A DNA stretch of 33,052 nt from a virus. Its lineage: Duplodnaviria > Caudoviricetes. This document shows, piece by piece, positions 1 through 8,107 of the stretch (its first letter is position 1; every line of letters starts with the position of its first letter). Under the pieces are notes generated by a model, which did not search any database, was not told the origin of the DNA, and was given only the letters and a program-made list of their open reading frames with translations. The stretch is taken from positions 1-33,052 of IMG/VR virus record IMGVR_UViG_3300049222_000379. One strand, written 5' to 3'. The position numbers were made by a program, and so were the translations under genes.

Positions 1-3000
1 GCCGTGCCGCCTAGGTACGCACCGCCTGACAGGTAAAGGTCTTTGAATTTTCTAAGCGAAGCACCAAGGTCAACAGCCCCATTTGATGCTCCGCCAGTGA
101 CTGTGGACATAGGCTGAAGAGCATCGCCAGTGCTATTAAACTCAAGAAATACGTCACCACCTCCTACAGCTAAATGTCCACCAACAGTACCAATACTACC
201 GACTGTTGAGCCTTCTTTGGCTATTCTTATAACTTGGCCATCATCGCCTGTGTTGTTAAGTAATAATGCAGGGTCTGTTGCGCCAGAGCTTTCTTTTGCA
301 ACGTGAACACCACCACTACCAAAAACCATAAAGCCATTGCCAGTAGTGTTGTTGTACAAAGTAGTATCAGTAGTCCCAACCAACAAGTTGCCAGAAGCAT
401 CTAGCGTCATAACCTGCGAACTACCGCTAGTATAGAACGACGCAATATTGTTGCCTGATGCGCCTACTGTTAGCAGTGCTGTAGTTCCTGAGTTAGCTAC
501 AGTATGCAGGGTTGCGGCTGGGCTTTGGCTATTGATACCGACATTGCCTGCGCTTGTGATACGCATGCGTTCGGTGTTGTTTGTACCAAGAGCTAATGGT
601 AATGACGCGCCCTGTGCAGTTATTAGGTATTTACTACTGTACGCTTGGATTCTTCCGCCTAACGTACCGCCGTAGTAACTATCAATTAATGACCCAGTTG
701 TGCCATTCACAGATATAGAATTATAGTTAGATACATTGGTGGGACTGCTAGTGCCAATACCCAAAGACTCCGCAGACGCATCCCAGAACAACTTCGCAGT
801 CGTGCCAGTATCTTCGTAGAAGCTAATGTCTCCGTTGTTGGCTATTCCTAATCGCTCTGTATTATTAGTGTGTAAACTCATGGGAATGTTTGCTATTGTT
901 TTAACAAACAACTCAGTAGACCGACTTTGTATTTGTGAATAATTAGACGCTCCACCATTTGGCCTGAAATTTAACTGCGCAATATTGTCAGACGACCTGC
1001 CATCAAAATTAACTGTGTTAGCAGAAGAGTCAGAGTTAAACGTTGATGCGCCACTAGATGCCGTCACAGTACCCGTTACGTCGATGCCTGATGGACTTAC
1101 AGTTAAGTAAGCATTATCGTTTGAACCTATTTTCCACGTAGCCGAACTAGAAGCAGTACCAATGTTTAAACGTGATGTGAAATTGTCGTCTAGTGTCCAC
1201 GTATGTGCTTGTGCGCCATCATCTAACTGAATACCTGCAGTTCCGTTAAACTGAACTTGGCCTGTGAAGTTTCCTCCGTCTGCTTCTACTGAACCCGTTA
1301 CGTCTATGCCTGTGGAGGTTGTGGCTAGTTTGGCTGAGCCATTGTGGTATGCGGTTACTGCGCCGTTTGGTACGGCCTGTAACATAAACTCAGTATTCCC
1401 AGAGTCTGTAAGCCTAAAATTTTCTGCGCGTATAATAAGGTCGCCAGTGCCGCTATCTTGAATGTAGCTGTGGCTACCATCATGATAAATCTGTAGGTCA
1501 GAGCCAGCACCGAAGATAGCCTTAGACGAATCAGAAAAAGTAATATCGTCATTTGCGCCTACAGCAATGTCTGTGCCGCCAGTAGTGTTACCGTTGGCAA
1601 GAACTTCAGCCAGTGTATCTGCTGTAGCAACCTGAGAATCGACATACGCCTTGATCGACTGTTGAGTAGCCAATGCAGTCGCACTGTTTCCAGACATGTC
1701 GTCTTGGTCAAGAATGTCTGTGACTGTGACTGAGCCTGTGCCAGACAGACCATCAAACTCTACGGTTCCTGTTACGTCGATACCTGTAGAAGTTGTAGAC
1801 AGCTTGGTACTCCCTGCATGATGTAGTTCTACATACTCATTTCCATCAAGCAAACGAACACGCACAGCAATGTTGTCGTTATTAATGTTTTTAATATTAA
1901 GGTCATTGTAAGCTCTAAGATTTAAATCACCGCCGCCAGCATCATCAATAAAACTTGCTGAACCTGAGTGATAAATCTGTAAATCTGAACCAGCACCAAA
2001 AATAGCTTTATCATTGTCACCAAAAGAAACATTTGCTGTAGTCGTTAGACCTGCAAAGGTTGGTGAGTCAGTAGTAGCTACGCCTTGGTTCAAGGCCTTG
2101 ACTGAAGCTTCGCTAGTTAACTCTGAGTCCATCAAGGCACCAGCGGCTGTAACATTAGCTGTGTCCGTTACGTCTGCTGAGGCTTCGATACCGTCTAGTT
2201 TGCTGTGGTCAGCATCGGTAAATACGTTGGAGTCCGTAGCGGCTTCTACTGCGGCTCTAATCTCAGCATTGGTTTGATCGCCTGTAGCGCCTGCTTCTAT
2301 ACCATTAAGCTTACTGTGATCTGCGTCAGTAAAGACGTTAGAGTCAGAAGCAGAGCCAACCAGTGTACGAATCTCTGCGGCTGTTTGGTCTGCAGTAGCG
2401 CTGGCTTCAATGCCGTCCAACTTAGAACCATCTGTAGCTACGTCTCGTCCGTCTACAGTACCGCCTACAGTAATGTTGCCTGTAGCAGAAACAGTAGTAG
2501 CAGAGACAGCGGCAGGAGTAGTACCACCAATGACAGTACCGTCAATAGTACCGCCATCAATGTCAGGAGTGTTTACGTCAGGAGAAGTTAGAGTCTTATT
2601 AGTAAGCGTCTGAGTGCCAGTCAGTGTGGCAACGGTAGAGTCAATAGCAAAGGTAACAGCATTACCTGAACCAGACGTATCAATACCAGTGCCACCTGTA
2701 AAGGTCATGGTTTCGCTGTCTAGGTCGATACTAAGCGCACCACCAGTGTCAGCTTGGAAGTCTAGGTCTTGTGCGGTGACTTGAGCGTCTACATAAGCCT
2801 TTATAGACTGCTGTGTAACTAAGGCTGTATCACTGTCTGAAGACAAGTCATCTTCATCAAGAATAGTTGTAACTGTTGAGCCAGAGGTTAGTGTAAGACT
2901 ATCAACGTTGGCAGTCCCATCAATATAAAGGTCTTTAAACTGAAGGGAGGCAGTACCCAAATCAATATCATTAGTAGTAACAGGTACAACAGAGCCATCT

Positions 3001-3284
3001 TGAATACGAATCTGCTCGACTGCTGCACTAGAAACCTCTACATAAAAACCCAAACGGTTGTTGGTGCTATCTACTTCAATTTTGTTAAGAAAATCTAGGT
3101 CGCCAATCTTAAAGATGTTACCACCTTGACCAGCTGAACCATCATGACGGTGACCAGTAGAAGATGCTGAAGTGCTTGAATACGTAAAGGCATTAACTAA
3201 CTGGTTATACTCATCATTAAACAATGAGGCCGTAATAGTATCGCCATCACTTAACGTACTTTGTCGAGTGTAATTCTGGGCCAT
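1..3284 (-). CDS. Long tail fibre / receptor-binding protein, partial (runs off left edge, >1090 aa; absent from ORF track)
   Basis: ATG at 3284 just after the tail gene stop, with GGAG upstream. Reads MAQNYTRQSTLSDGDTITASLFNDEYNQL...; the same frame was checked at ~2400, ~2000 and ~1500 and at the window edge (...DLGASLRKFKDLYLSGGAYLGGT). Repeated fibre motifs: TQQSIKAYVD x2, KAIFGAGSDLQIYH x2, GIDVTG x3. Not every codon was checked for stops. Confidence 0.85.
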   Translation of the reverse strand, partial: MAQNYTRQSTLSDGDTITASLFNDEYNQLVNAFTYSSTSASSTGHRHDGSAGQGGNIFKIGDLDFLNKIEVDSTNNRLGFYVEVSSAAVEQIRIQDGSVVPVTTNDIDLGTASLQFKDLYIDGTANVDSLTLTSGSTVTTILDEDDLSSDSDTALVTQQSIKAYVDAQVTAQDLDFQADTGGALSIDLDSETMTFTGGTGIDTSGSGNAVTFAIDSTVATLTGTQTLTNKTLTSPDVNTPDIDGGTIDGTVIGGTTPAAVSATTVSATGNITVGGTVDGRDVATDGSKLDGIEASATADQTAAEIRTLVGSASDSNVFTDADHSKLNGIEAGATGDQTNAEIRAAVEAATDSNVFTDADHSKLDGIEASADVTDTANVTAAGALMDSELTSEASVKALNQGVATTDSPTFAGLTTTANVSFGDNDKAIFGAGSDLQIYHSGSASFIDDAGGGDLNLRAYNDLNIKNINNDNIAVRVRLLDGNEYVELHHAGSTKLSTTSTGIDVTGTVEFDGLSGTGSVTVTDILDQDDMSGNSATALATQQSIKAYVDSQVATADTLAEVLANGNTTGGTDIAVGANDDITFSDSSKAIFGAGSDLQIYHDGSHSYIQDSGTGDLIIRAENFRLTDSGNTEFMLQAVPNGAVTAYHNGSAKLATTSTGIDVTGSVEADGGNFTGQVQFNGTAGIQLDDGAQAHTWTLDDNFTSRLNIGTASSSATWKIGSNDNAYLTVSPSGIDVTGTVTASSGASTFNSDSSANTVNFDGRSSDNIAQLNFRPNGGASNYSQIQSRSTELFVKTIANIPMSLHTNNTERLGIANNGDISFYEDTGTTAKLFWDASAESLGIGTSSPTNVSNYNSISVNGTTGSLIDSYYGGTLGGRIQAYSSKYLITAQGASLPLALGTNNTERMRITSAGNVGINSQSPAATLHTVANSGTTALLTVGASGNNIASFYTSGSSQVMTLDASGNLLVGTTDTTLYNNTTGNGFMVFGSGGVHVAKESSGATDPALLLNNTGDDGQVIRIAKEGSTVGSIGTVGGHLAVGGGDVFLEFNSTGDALQPMSTVTGGASNGAVDLGASLRKFKDLYLSGGAYLGGT
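2181..2423 (-). repeat. 111-nt (37-aa) tandem coding repeat in tail fibre
   Basis: KL(D/N)GIEA starts at 2423, 2312 and 2201, exactly 111 nt apart. Unit: KLDGIEASATADQTAAEIRTLVGSASDSNVFTDADHS. Confidence 0.85.
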
Positions 3285-3286
3285 GT

Positions 3287-4885
3287 TTATCTCCTACCTG
3301 ATGGCATATAATCTATGTAAAGGCCATTGATTGCGTATGGCGCTTTAGTATCTGTACTTGTAATTCTAAAACTTACTGTGTTTCCGCTGCCTTCTACAGG
3401 CTGTCGAACCATTGGGTCGTTACTAGCGCCAAAGGTTGCTGTACCAAAAATACCGCTACCAAAGATTGCAGGAAGCGGCACAGAGTCCAGTGTATAATCT
3501 GGAGGCTGTGGAATATCTGTGTCTTCGTAATCAAAACGCATACGAAGTGTTGGCTGAATCTCACCTTCTGGGCTAAGAGACAACCGTGTATACTTAACTG
3601 TTTTACGTGTACCAATATCACCAAAGTCAAAGTTTGGTGTTTGATAAATAGCTTCTATATTTGTAGCGGTGCCAGCGGGATTAAAAGCATTGCCTGTATC
3701 ATGATTATAGATGTATCCATCTTTATCACCATGAAAAGCTTTTTCAACTCCATTATTGTCAAATCCTGTTGTAAGTCCCATTGCCTGAATGCCAAGCGTT
3801 TCAGCCCATTCAAAACCATTAGCAGTAAACGTACCAATAATGCCTTTAGAAACTGTTGAGCCTAGAGTCTTATCTGTATAAAATAAACGATACTGAGACT
3901 TAGAGCGCAATACACAGCTATCAATAGTAAACGTGTTAATTGAGTCTGCAATGCCTCCAACAATACTTTGAATCTGTCGAGACACAGAACTTAACTCAAC
4001 GTCACCAATACGGGCTGTACCAGCAATAGTACGAATACCGTCAGGACTTAAGAACAAAAGGTCACCACCAATTTCTTGAATGCTATACCCTGACAAACAG
4101 CCTACGTTTTCTGTAATAGGGTCGATACGTATATTGCTAGGATCGTTAATGTTTATAAGCTTGTGAATACTGTTTTTAGCAAACACAATTAAATCAGTAC
4201 GGAAGCCACGAATGCCTTGAATCTGATCTGATATAACTACTGAGCCAGCACCAGTACCTGTAAAGTTATCGGGATCGTTATAGACACTGTAGTAAACTGT
4301 ATTTAAATTATTTTCTACGCCTGCTGCAATAAGATGATGATCGTGATTGGCTATGTACTTAACGCCATTAGTTCCATCTACTGTAATTTCAAACGCAAAG
4401 AATGTACGAGTCGTTAATGCGCCAGTGCCTTCCATTCGAAACGAATAAAGCTTGTTAGCACCGTCTGCAATGATCAACTCGCCATAATCAAATGTCGCAC
4501 CTTCAAAGAGTGCAAATGAACATTGTCCTTGACCTGTACGTGTTAAGGCACTGCGACCTGTAAAAGTGGTATAGTTATCACCACCATTAGCCACACTGTC
4601 TTTATTAATTTGTATCCACGTTGAGCCATCAATACTAAAATGTATATCAGTGCCTGAACAGACAACCACGCCATCACCATACACAAAAATCCCAAGAATG
4701 TCATTGTCACTATTGGGACGTGTATCACCATATTGCGTAAAGCCATTAATACGTCGATAGCCACCATCAGGATCTACCTCAAAGTTTCTAAGGCGTGTAG
4801 CAAGTCCGGGCTGTCGAAGCATTTCAAGCTGATTGAGGTTGGTGTTTAGACCACCTCTACATGAAACGCCAAAGGGCTGAGACAT
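3287..4885 (-). CDS. Tail tubular/nozzle protein (T7 gp12 / P22 gp10-like position)
   Basis: 532 aa, beta-rich, between adaptor-like gene and tail fibre. GGLN N-terminal and GC...SIQEIGGDLLFLSPDGIR motifs typical of podovirus nozzle proteins. Confidence 0.7.
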   Translation of the reverse strand: MSQPFGVSCRGGLNTNLNQLEMLRQPGLATRLRNFEVDPDGGYRRINGFTQYGDTRPNSDNDILGIFVYGDGVVVCSGTDIHFSIDGSTWIQINKDSVANGGDNYTTFTGRSALTRTGQGQCSFALFEGATFDYGELIIADGANKLYSFRMEGTGALTTRTFFAFEITVDGTNGVKYIANHDHHLIAAGVENNLNTVYYSVYNDPDNFTGTGAGSVVISDQIQGIRGFRTDLIVFAKNSIHKLININDPSNIRIDPITENVGCLSGYSIQEIGGDLLFLSPDGIRTIAGTARIGDVELSSVSRQIQSIVGGIADSINTFTIDSCVLRSKSQYRLFYTDKTLGSTVSKGIIGTFTANGFEWAETLGIQAMGLTTGFDNNGVEKAFHGDKDGYIYNHDTGNAFNPAGTATNIEAIYQTPNFDFGDIGTRKTVKYTRLSLSPEGEIQPTLRMRFDYEDTDIPQPPDYTLDSVPLPAIFGSGIFGTATFGASNDPMVRQPVEGSGNTVSFRITSTDTKAPYAINGLYIDYMPSGRR

Positions 4886-5656
4886 TTATACAAACCTCAC
4901 GCGATCTGTTTTCATATAGTTAGGCGTTGGACTCATGAGGTTTCCTTTCATAAGCTTTAGGCCACGCTTATAATCTTCTAGTGCAAATGCTGCAGCTTGC
5001 GAGCTTTCTTTAAACTGATGAATGTAGTATCTAGCTCTAGCAAGCAGTACAGGCTTGTAAATATTTGGGAATACAATTTCATCCCCATGTGCGCTTAGTT
5101 CTGTCGGCAGGTTGTATGCAAAGAAATAAACGCGATAAACTTTATTTGGAATGGGGCTTAGTCCAAACTTACGATTGTCTGGGCTAATGATAACTTTGCT
5201 AGGCTCACCATGATTCTGAGTATCTGCATCATCTTGATTTTCTGATGTGCGTACAAAGTCTTTCCATTCTTCTGTAGTTGTAAACTTAATGTTTTTACTT
5301 ATGTATGGCGCTGACTCACCGTCCACACCAATTGTTGTTAAGTAGAAATTGTCCCAGTCAATGTAGCCATAGTCTGTTGTCAAACTAGACGATGTAGGCT
5401 TCAACAAATACCAACGAGTGCCTGCTACAGTTTCTACATATGCATTACCGTAAAACGGATCTGTTGATCCGCTAGTGTCTGCAGCTAAAAAAGGCCACTG
5501 AGGTTCTTCATTAACAATATCAAGGTATGCTCTATTCACACAGTCTTTAATATGTTGTTGAACCCCAATAGCCCCAGCAAACGTCGAAGATGTAAGAGCT
5601 ACTTCATTCAACTCTCGCAACAACTCGTTTGTAATTTCAAGATAAGTAGCAGCCAT
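4886..5656 (-). CDS. Tail tubular protein A / head-tail adaptor
   Basis: 256 aa starting TYLEITNELLRELNE, with WPF and LSPIP motifs; located downstream of the capsid gene. Confidence 0.7.
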   Translation of the reverse strand: MAATYLEITNELLRELNEVALTSSTFAGAIGVQQHIKDCVNRAYLDIVNEEPQWPFLAADTSGSTDPFYGNAYVETVAGTRWYLLKPTSSSLTTDYGYIDWDNFYLTTIGVDGESAPYISKNIKFTTTEEWKDFVRTSENQDDADTQNHGEPSKVIISPDNRKFGLSPIPNKVYRVYFFAYNLPTELSAHGDEIVFPNIYKPVLLARARYYIHQFKESSQAAAFALEDYKRGLKLMKGNLMSPTPNYMKTDRVRFV

Positions 5657-5802
5657 TATTTTTTATGAACCTTTTGAATTTCAAAGTTAGCTTCCTTTGA
5701 AGCACCTTTGTGGGGTTTGTAGCCATCTTTAGGATCTTTCATGAGCTTATATTCTTTGCCCTTCTTCATCCAATGATAGCCTTCGGGAGCTTTAACTTTC
5801 AT
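5656..5802 (-). CDS. Small basic hypothetical protein (48 aa)
   Basis: MKVKAPEGYHWMKKGKEYKLMKDPKDGYKPHKGASKEANFEIQKVHKK; ATGA overlap with the upstream gene and TAATG overlap with the downstream gene. Confidence 0.75.
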   Translation of the reverse strand: MKVKAPEGYHWMKKGKEYKLMKDPKDGYKPHKGASKEANFEIQKVHKK

Positions 5803-5987
5803 TTTTGACGCATTGACATGTTGTGATCTGCTTTAGTCATGCAAGCCTTTTCCATGTCTCGTACACTGCTATAACCTGCTTTGCCGCCATGAGCCATTTG
5901 GTTACGATACATTCCACCACCCATATAGGATTCTCGTGGTGTGCCGCCCATGCCATATTTCATGCGCTTATCTTTTTTCATTCCCAT
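5799..5987 (-). CDS. Small Met/Gly-rich peptide with three RxxPhi-xxGG repeats (62 aa)
   Basis: GGAG ~8 nt upstream of ATG 5987; MGMKKDKRMKYGMGGTPRESYMGGGMYRNQMAHGGKAG...; stop overlaps the next start. Confidence 0.7.
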   Translation of the reverse strand: MGMKKDKRMKYGMGGTPRESYMGGGMYRNQMAHGGKAGYSSVRDMEKACMTKADHNMSMRQK

Positions 5988-6126
5988 CTTTCTTTCTCCC
6001 AAAAATACGATCATAGTTTTCATCGTATTTCTTTTTATTTTCGCTTTTTAAATATTGACCGCTAACTTTGACTGTTCGTTTAGCGCTCATACGAATAGGA
6101 TTTTGTTCGCTTCCAATCTGTGGCAT
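5968..6126 (-). CDS. Small hypothetical protein (52 aa)
   Basis: MPQIGSEQNPIRMSAKR...YDENYDRIFGRKK; fills the gap after the capsid terminator; no clear SD. Confidence 0.55.
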   Translation of the reverse strand: MPQIGSEQNPIRMSAKRTVKVSGQYLKSENKKKYDENYDRIFGRKKDGNEKR

Positions 6127-6155
6127 AATAGAAAAGGGGGAGTATTTCATCCCCC
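6127..6155 (-). terminator. Rho-independent terminator after major capsid gene
   Basis: Minus strand GGGGGA-TGAAATAC-TCCCCC followed by TTTTCTATT, 8 nt after the capsid stop. Confidence 0.75.
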
Positions 6156-6163
6156 ACTCCGCT

Positions 6164-7126
6164 TTAGTCGATGCCGTAGAAGGCAGAGACAAGTGCTTCA
6201 GGACGAAGTACCTTGGCTCCGTAGACGTGAAGACCACGTACAATGTCACCAAAGCTTGCAGTGTCACGGACTACTTCAGTGTTGATGATAGTCTGTGCAG
6301 TACAAGTAGATGAAATGTGACCAGCAATACACTTACCAGCTGCGTTAGAAGTAGCTGCAATGTTGTTAGTCTTGTACATGTCGAAGCCACGCAACTTACC
6401 AGAAGATACGAGACCGTTACGGATTGAACCCTGACCAGCGTTAAAGTCAACGCTCATGAGCTTAGAGCTAGTCTGTACAAGCTGCTCGTAGAACTCTGGG
6501 TTAGCAAGGAACCAACGGCCTTCTTCAGGAACATTCTGCTCGTCAAGAAGACGTGCCATGTGTGAAAGAACATCAATTGGATCGTGCTCGCCAGAAGCAT
6601 AGCCGATGTCAAGGTTACCAGTACCATCGAAAGTACCAGCTGCAAGATCAGTTGCACTGTCCGAACCAAGGATGTGGTTTGGAGATGACGCAGGAACGCC
6701 TGCAAACAACTTAGCAATTACGCCTGTGTCGAATGCATCACGCAATGCGTAAGCAGCTGAAGATGAAGCAACTTCCTTAAAGTTGACGTGAGACATTGAA
6801 GTTTCGATGTCGTCTACGATGAACTTGAATGCGTTCGCCGTATCAACAACAAGAGTTACTTCGTTGTCAGTCAGAGTTGTTGCAGTTACAGAACCACCAC
6901 GCTCGTACTGATCGACAGTGATTACTGGCTCTTTGATGATCTTAACTGAATCACCAAACGCAGAGATCTCACCAGCATAATCAGTGTTAGTGATTGCTTC
7001 TGCAACAGACGCCTTACGGAAGAAGTTAAGTACCTTCTTGGAATAGAGTTCTGGCATGAAGTTGTTGCCAGAGAAGTTGCTCCCCGATGATTGAGCAAAA
7101 TACTGATCGGATGTATTACTAGCCAT
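6164..7126 (-). CDS. Major capsid protein (HK97 fold)
   Basis: 320 aa; FMPELYSKKVL, YAGEISAFGDSVKI, VPEEGRW and GDIVRGLHVYGAKVLRPEAL motifs; strong AAGGAG SD; follows the scaffold gene and precedes a terminator. Confidence 0.9.
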   Translation of the reverse strand: MASNTSDQYFAQSSGSNFSGNNFMPELYSKKVLNFFRKASVAEAITNTDYAGEISAFGDSVKIIKEPVITVDQYERGGSVTATTLTDNEVTLVVDTANAFKFIVDDIETSMSHVNFKEVASSSAAYALRDAFDTGVIAKLFAGVPASSPNHILGSDSATDLAAGTFDGTGNLDIGYASGEHDPIDVLSHMARLLDEQNVPEEGRWFLANPEFYEQLVQTSSKLMSVDFNAGQGSIRNGLVSSGKLRGFDMYKTNNIAATSNAAGKCIAGHISSTCTAQTIINTEVVRDTASFGDIVRGLHVYGAKVLRPEALVSAFYGID

Positions 7127-7150
7127 TGTATTGACTCCTTAAAAACAAAG

Positions 7151-7978
7151 TTATTTAATTACTCTGCCTTCTTGGGCGGCTTGATCAATTTCCTTTTCAA
7201 GTCGATCATAGTCATCCATAGATAGGGCAGCTATTTCCCGAGTCGTCCAGATTTTTGGCTGCTTAGTGTCTACTGTTGTAGTCTTAGTAGATACTAAACT
7301 TGCAGCTTCTTTTCTAGACGTTTTTTGACTTGACTGATTTCTAGGGCTTGCTACGTTCATGCCCATTTCCATTTTATAGATATCTATAGCACGACTTGCT
7401 AAACTAACATTGTCTGGATTGTTATAGATCCAACCTTGTATTTCTACAGGCTGTTCTTTTGCCCATTCATGAAACCCTTCGTCTCCGCGAATATCTTCAA
7501 AGTCAGGATGGCGGTCTCGCAACTTAGTTTCAGCTTCACGTCGAGAGATCATTGCTTCTCGCTCTTCGATGGCTTGCATCTTTTGTTGAAGTGCCTGTAC
7601 TTCTTTTTGACTTCGTAGATGTGCAACAGACTCTACAGTTTCATACAAATCAGGATACTGAGTTCTAAACTGCTCCAACTCTTCAGCTGATTTTGGCGGC
7701 TGATAAGATGGTTGAGCTGCCTGCGCTTGTGCTAACAGTTCTTGCTCTTTTTGTTTAAACTCTGCGATCCTTTCATCGTAGTGTCGTTTTAGGTCGTCAT
7801 ACCTTTTCTTATAGTTAGTTCCTTTTTGTTTTTGAGGGGCCTCTTCTAGGGTAGCCTCATCGGAACCTTCTGATTCGAAAAATAGACTCTCTGCTGATCC
7901 GTTAGATGCTTCTGACTCCTCGTGCCAAGATTTATTTGCATTGTATGGATTAGCTTGTGGTTCTTGTGCTTCAGTCAT
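7151..7978 (-). CDS. Capsid scaffolding protein
   Basis: 275 aa, acidic and coiled-coil (YKKRYDDLKRH, HPDF), C-terminal helix ...EIDQAAQEGRVIK, directly upstream of MCP; AAGGAG SD. Confidence 0.8.
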   Translation of the reverse strand: MTEAQEPQANPYNANKSWHEESEASNGSAESLFFESEGSDEATLEEAPQKQKGTNYKKRYDDLKRHYDERIAEFKQKEQELLAQAQAAQPSYQPPKSAEELEQFRTQYPDLYETVESVAHLRSQKEVQALQQKMQAIEEREAMISRREAETKLRDRHPDFEDIRGDEGFHEWAKEQPVEIQGWIYNNPDNVSLASRAIDIYKMEMGMNVASPRNQSSQKTSRKEAASLVSTKTTTVDTKQPKIWTTREIAALSMDDYDRLEKEIDQAAQEGRVIK

Positions 7979-7989
7979 GTCTTACTCCT

Positions 7990-8107
7990 TTTCGGGGCTT
8001 GTTTGTTTTCAAGGTGGCTAGAAGTAATTCTAGGGTCTTGAGATTACAAGGTGGCCTCAAGGTTATTGTTGTGATAAGGGGCTAAAAACTTCTTAGGTAG
8101 CCTTATC
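7990..8107 (-). promoter_or_regulatory. Structured 5' UTR of scaffold gene with three GCYAC-hairpin-(A/C)CCC units
   Basis: Units at 8078-8101, 8033-8055 and 7994-8018, plus a CTAGAA-TTAC-TTCTAG hairpin (8018-8033). Confidence 0.6.

Noticed and set aside
21-44. KDLYLSGG in the tail fibre as another GG motif
   Set aside because: Lys instead of Arg, and it is part of a common fibre structural motif.
448-2613. Short plus-strand and off-frame ORFs in the track
   Set aside because: Shadows of the tail fibre gene.
1-3284. Diversity-generating retroelement acting on the tail fibre
   Set aside because: No reverse transcriptase and no adenine-variant template/variable repeat pair in the window.
5968-6267. 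T7 gp10B-like frameshift extension of the capsid protein into the overlapping ORF
   Set aside because: Would need a +1 shift; no slippery site seen, and a terminator intervenes. A separate start at 6126 is simpler.
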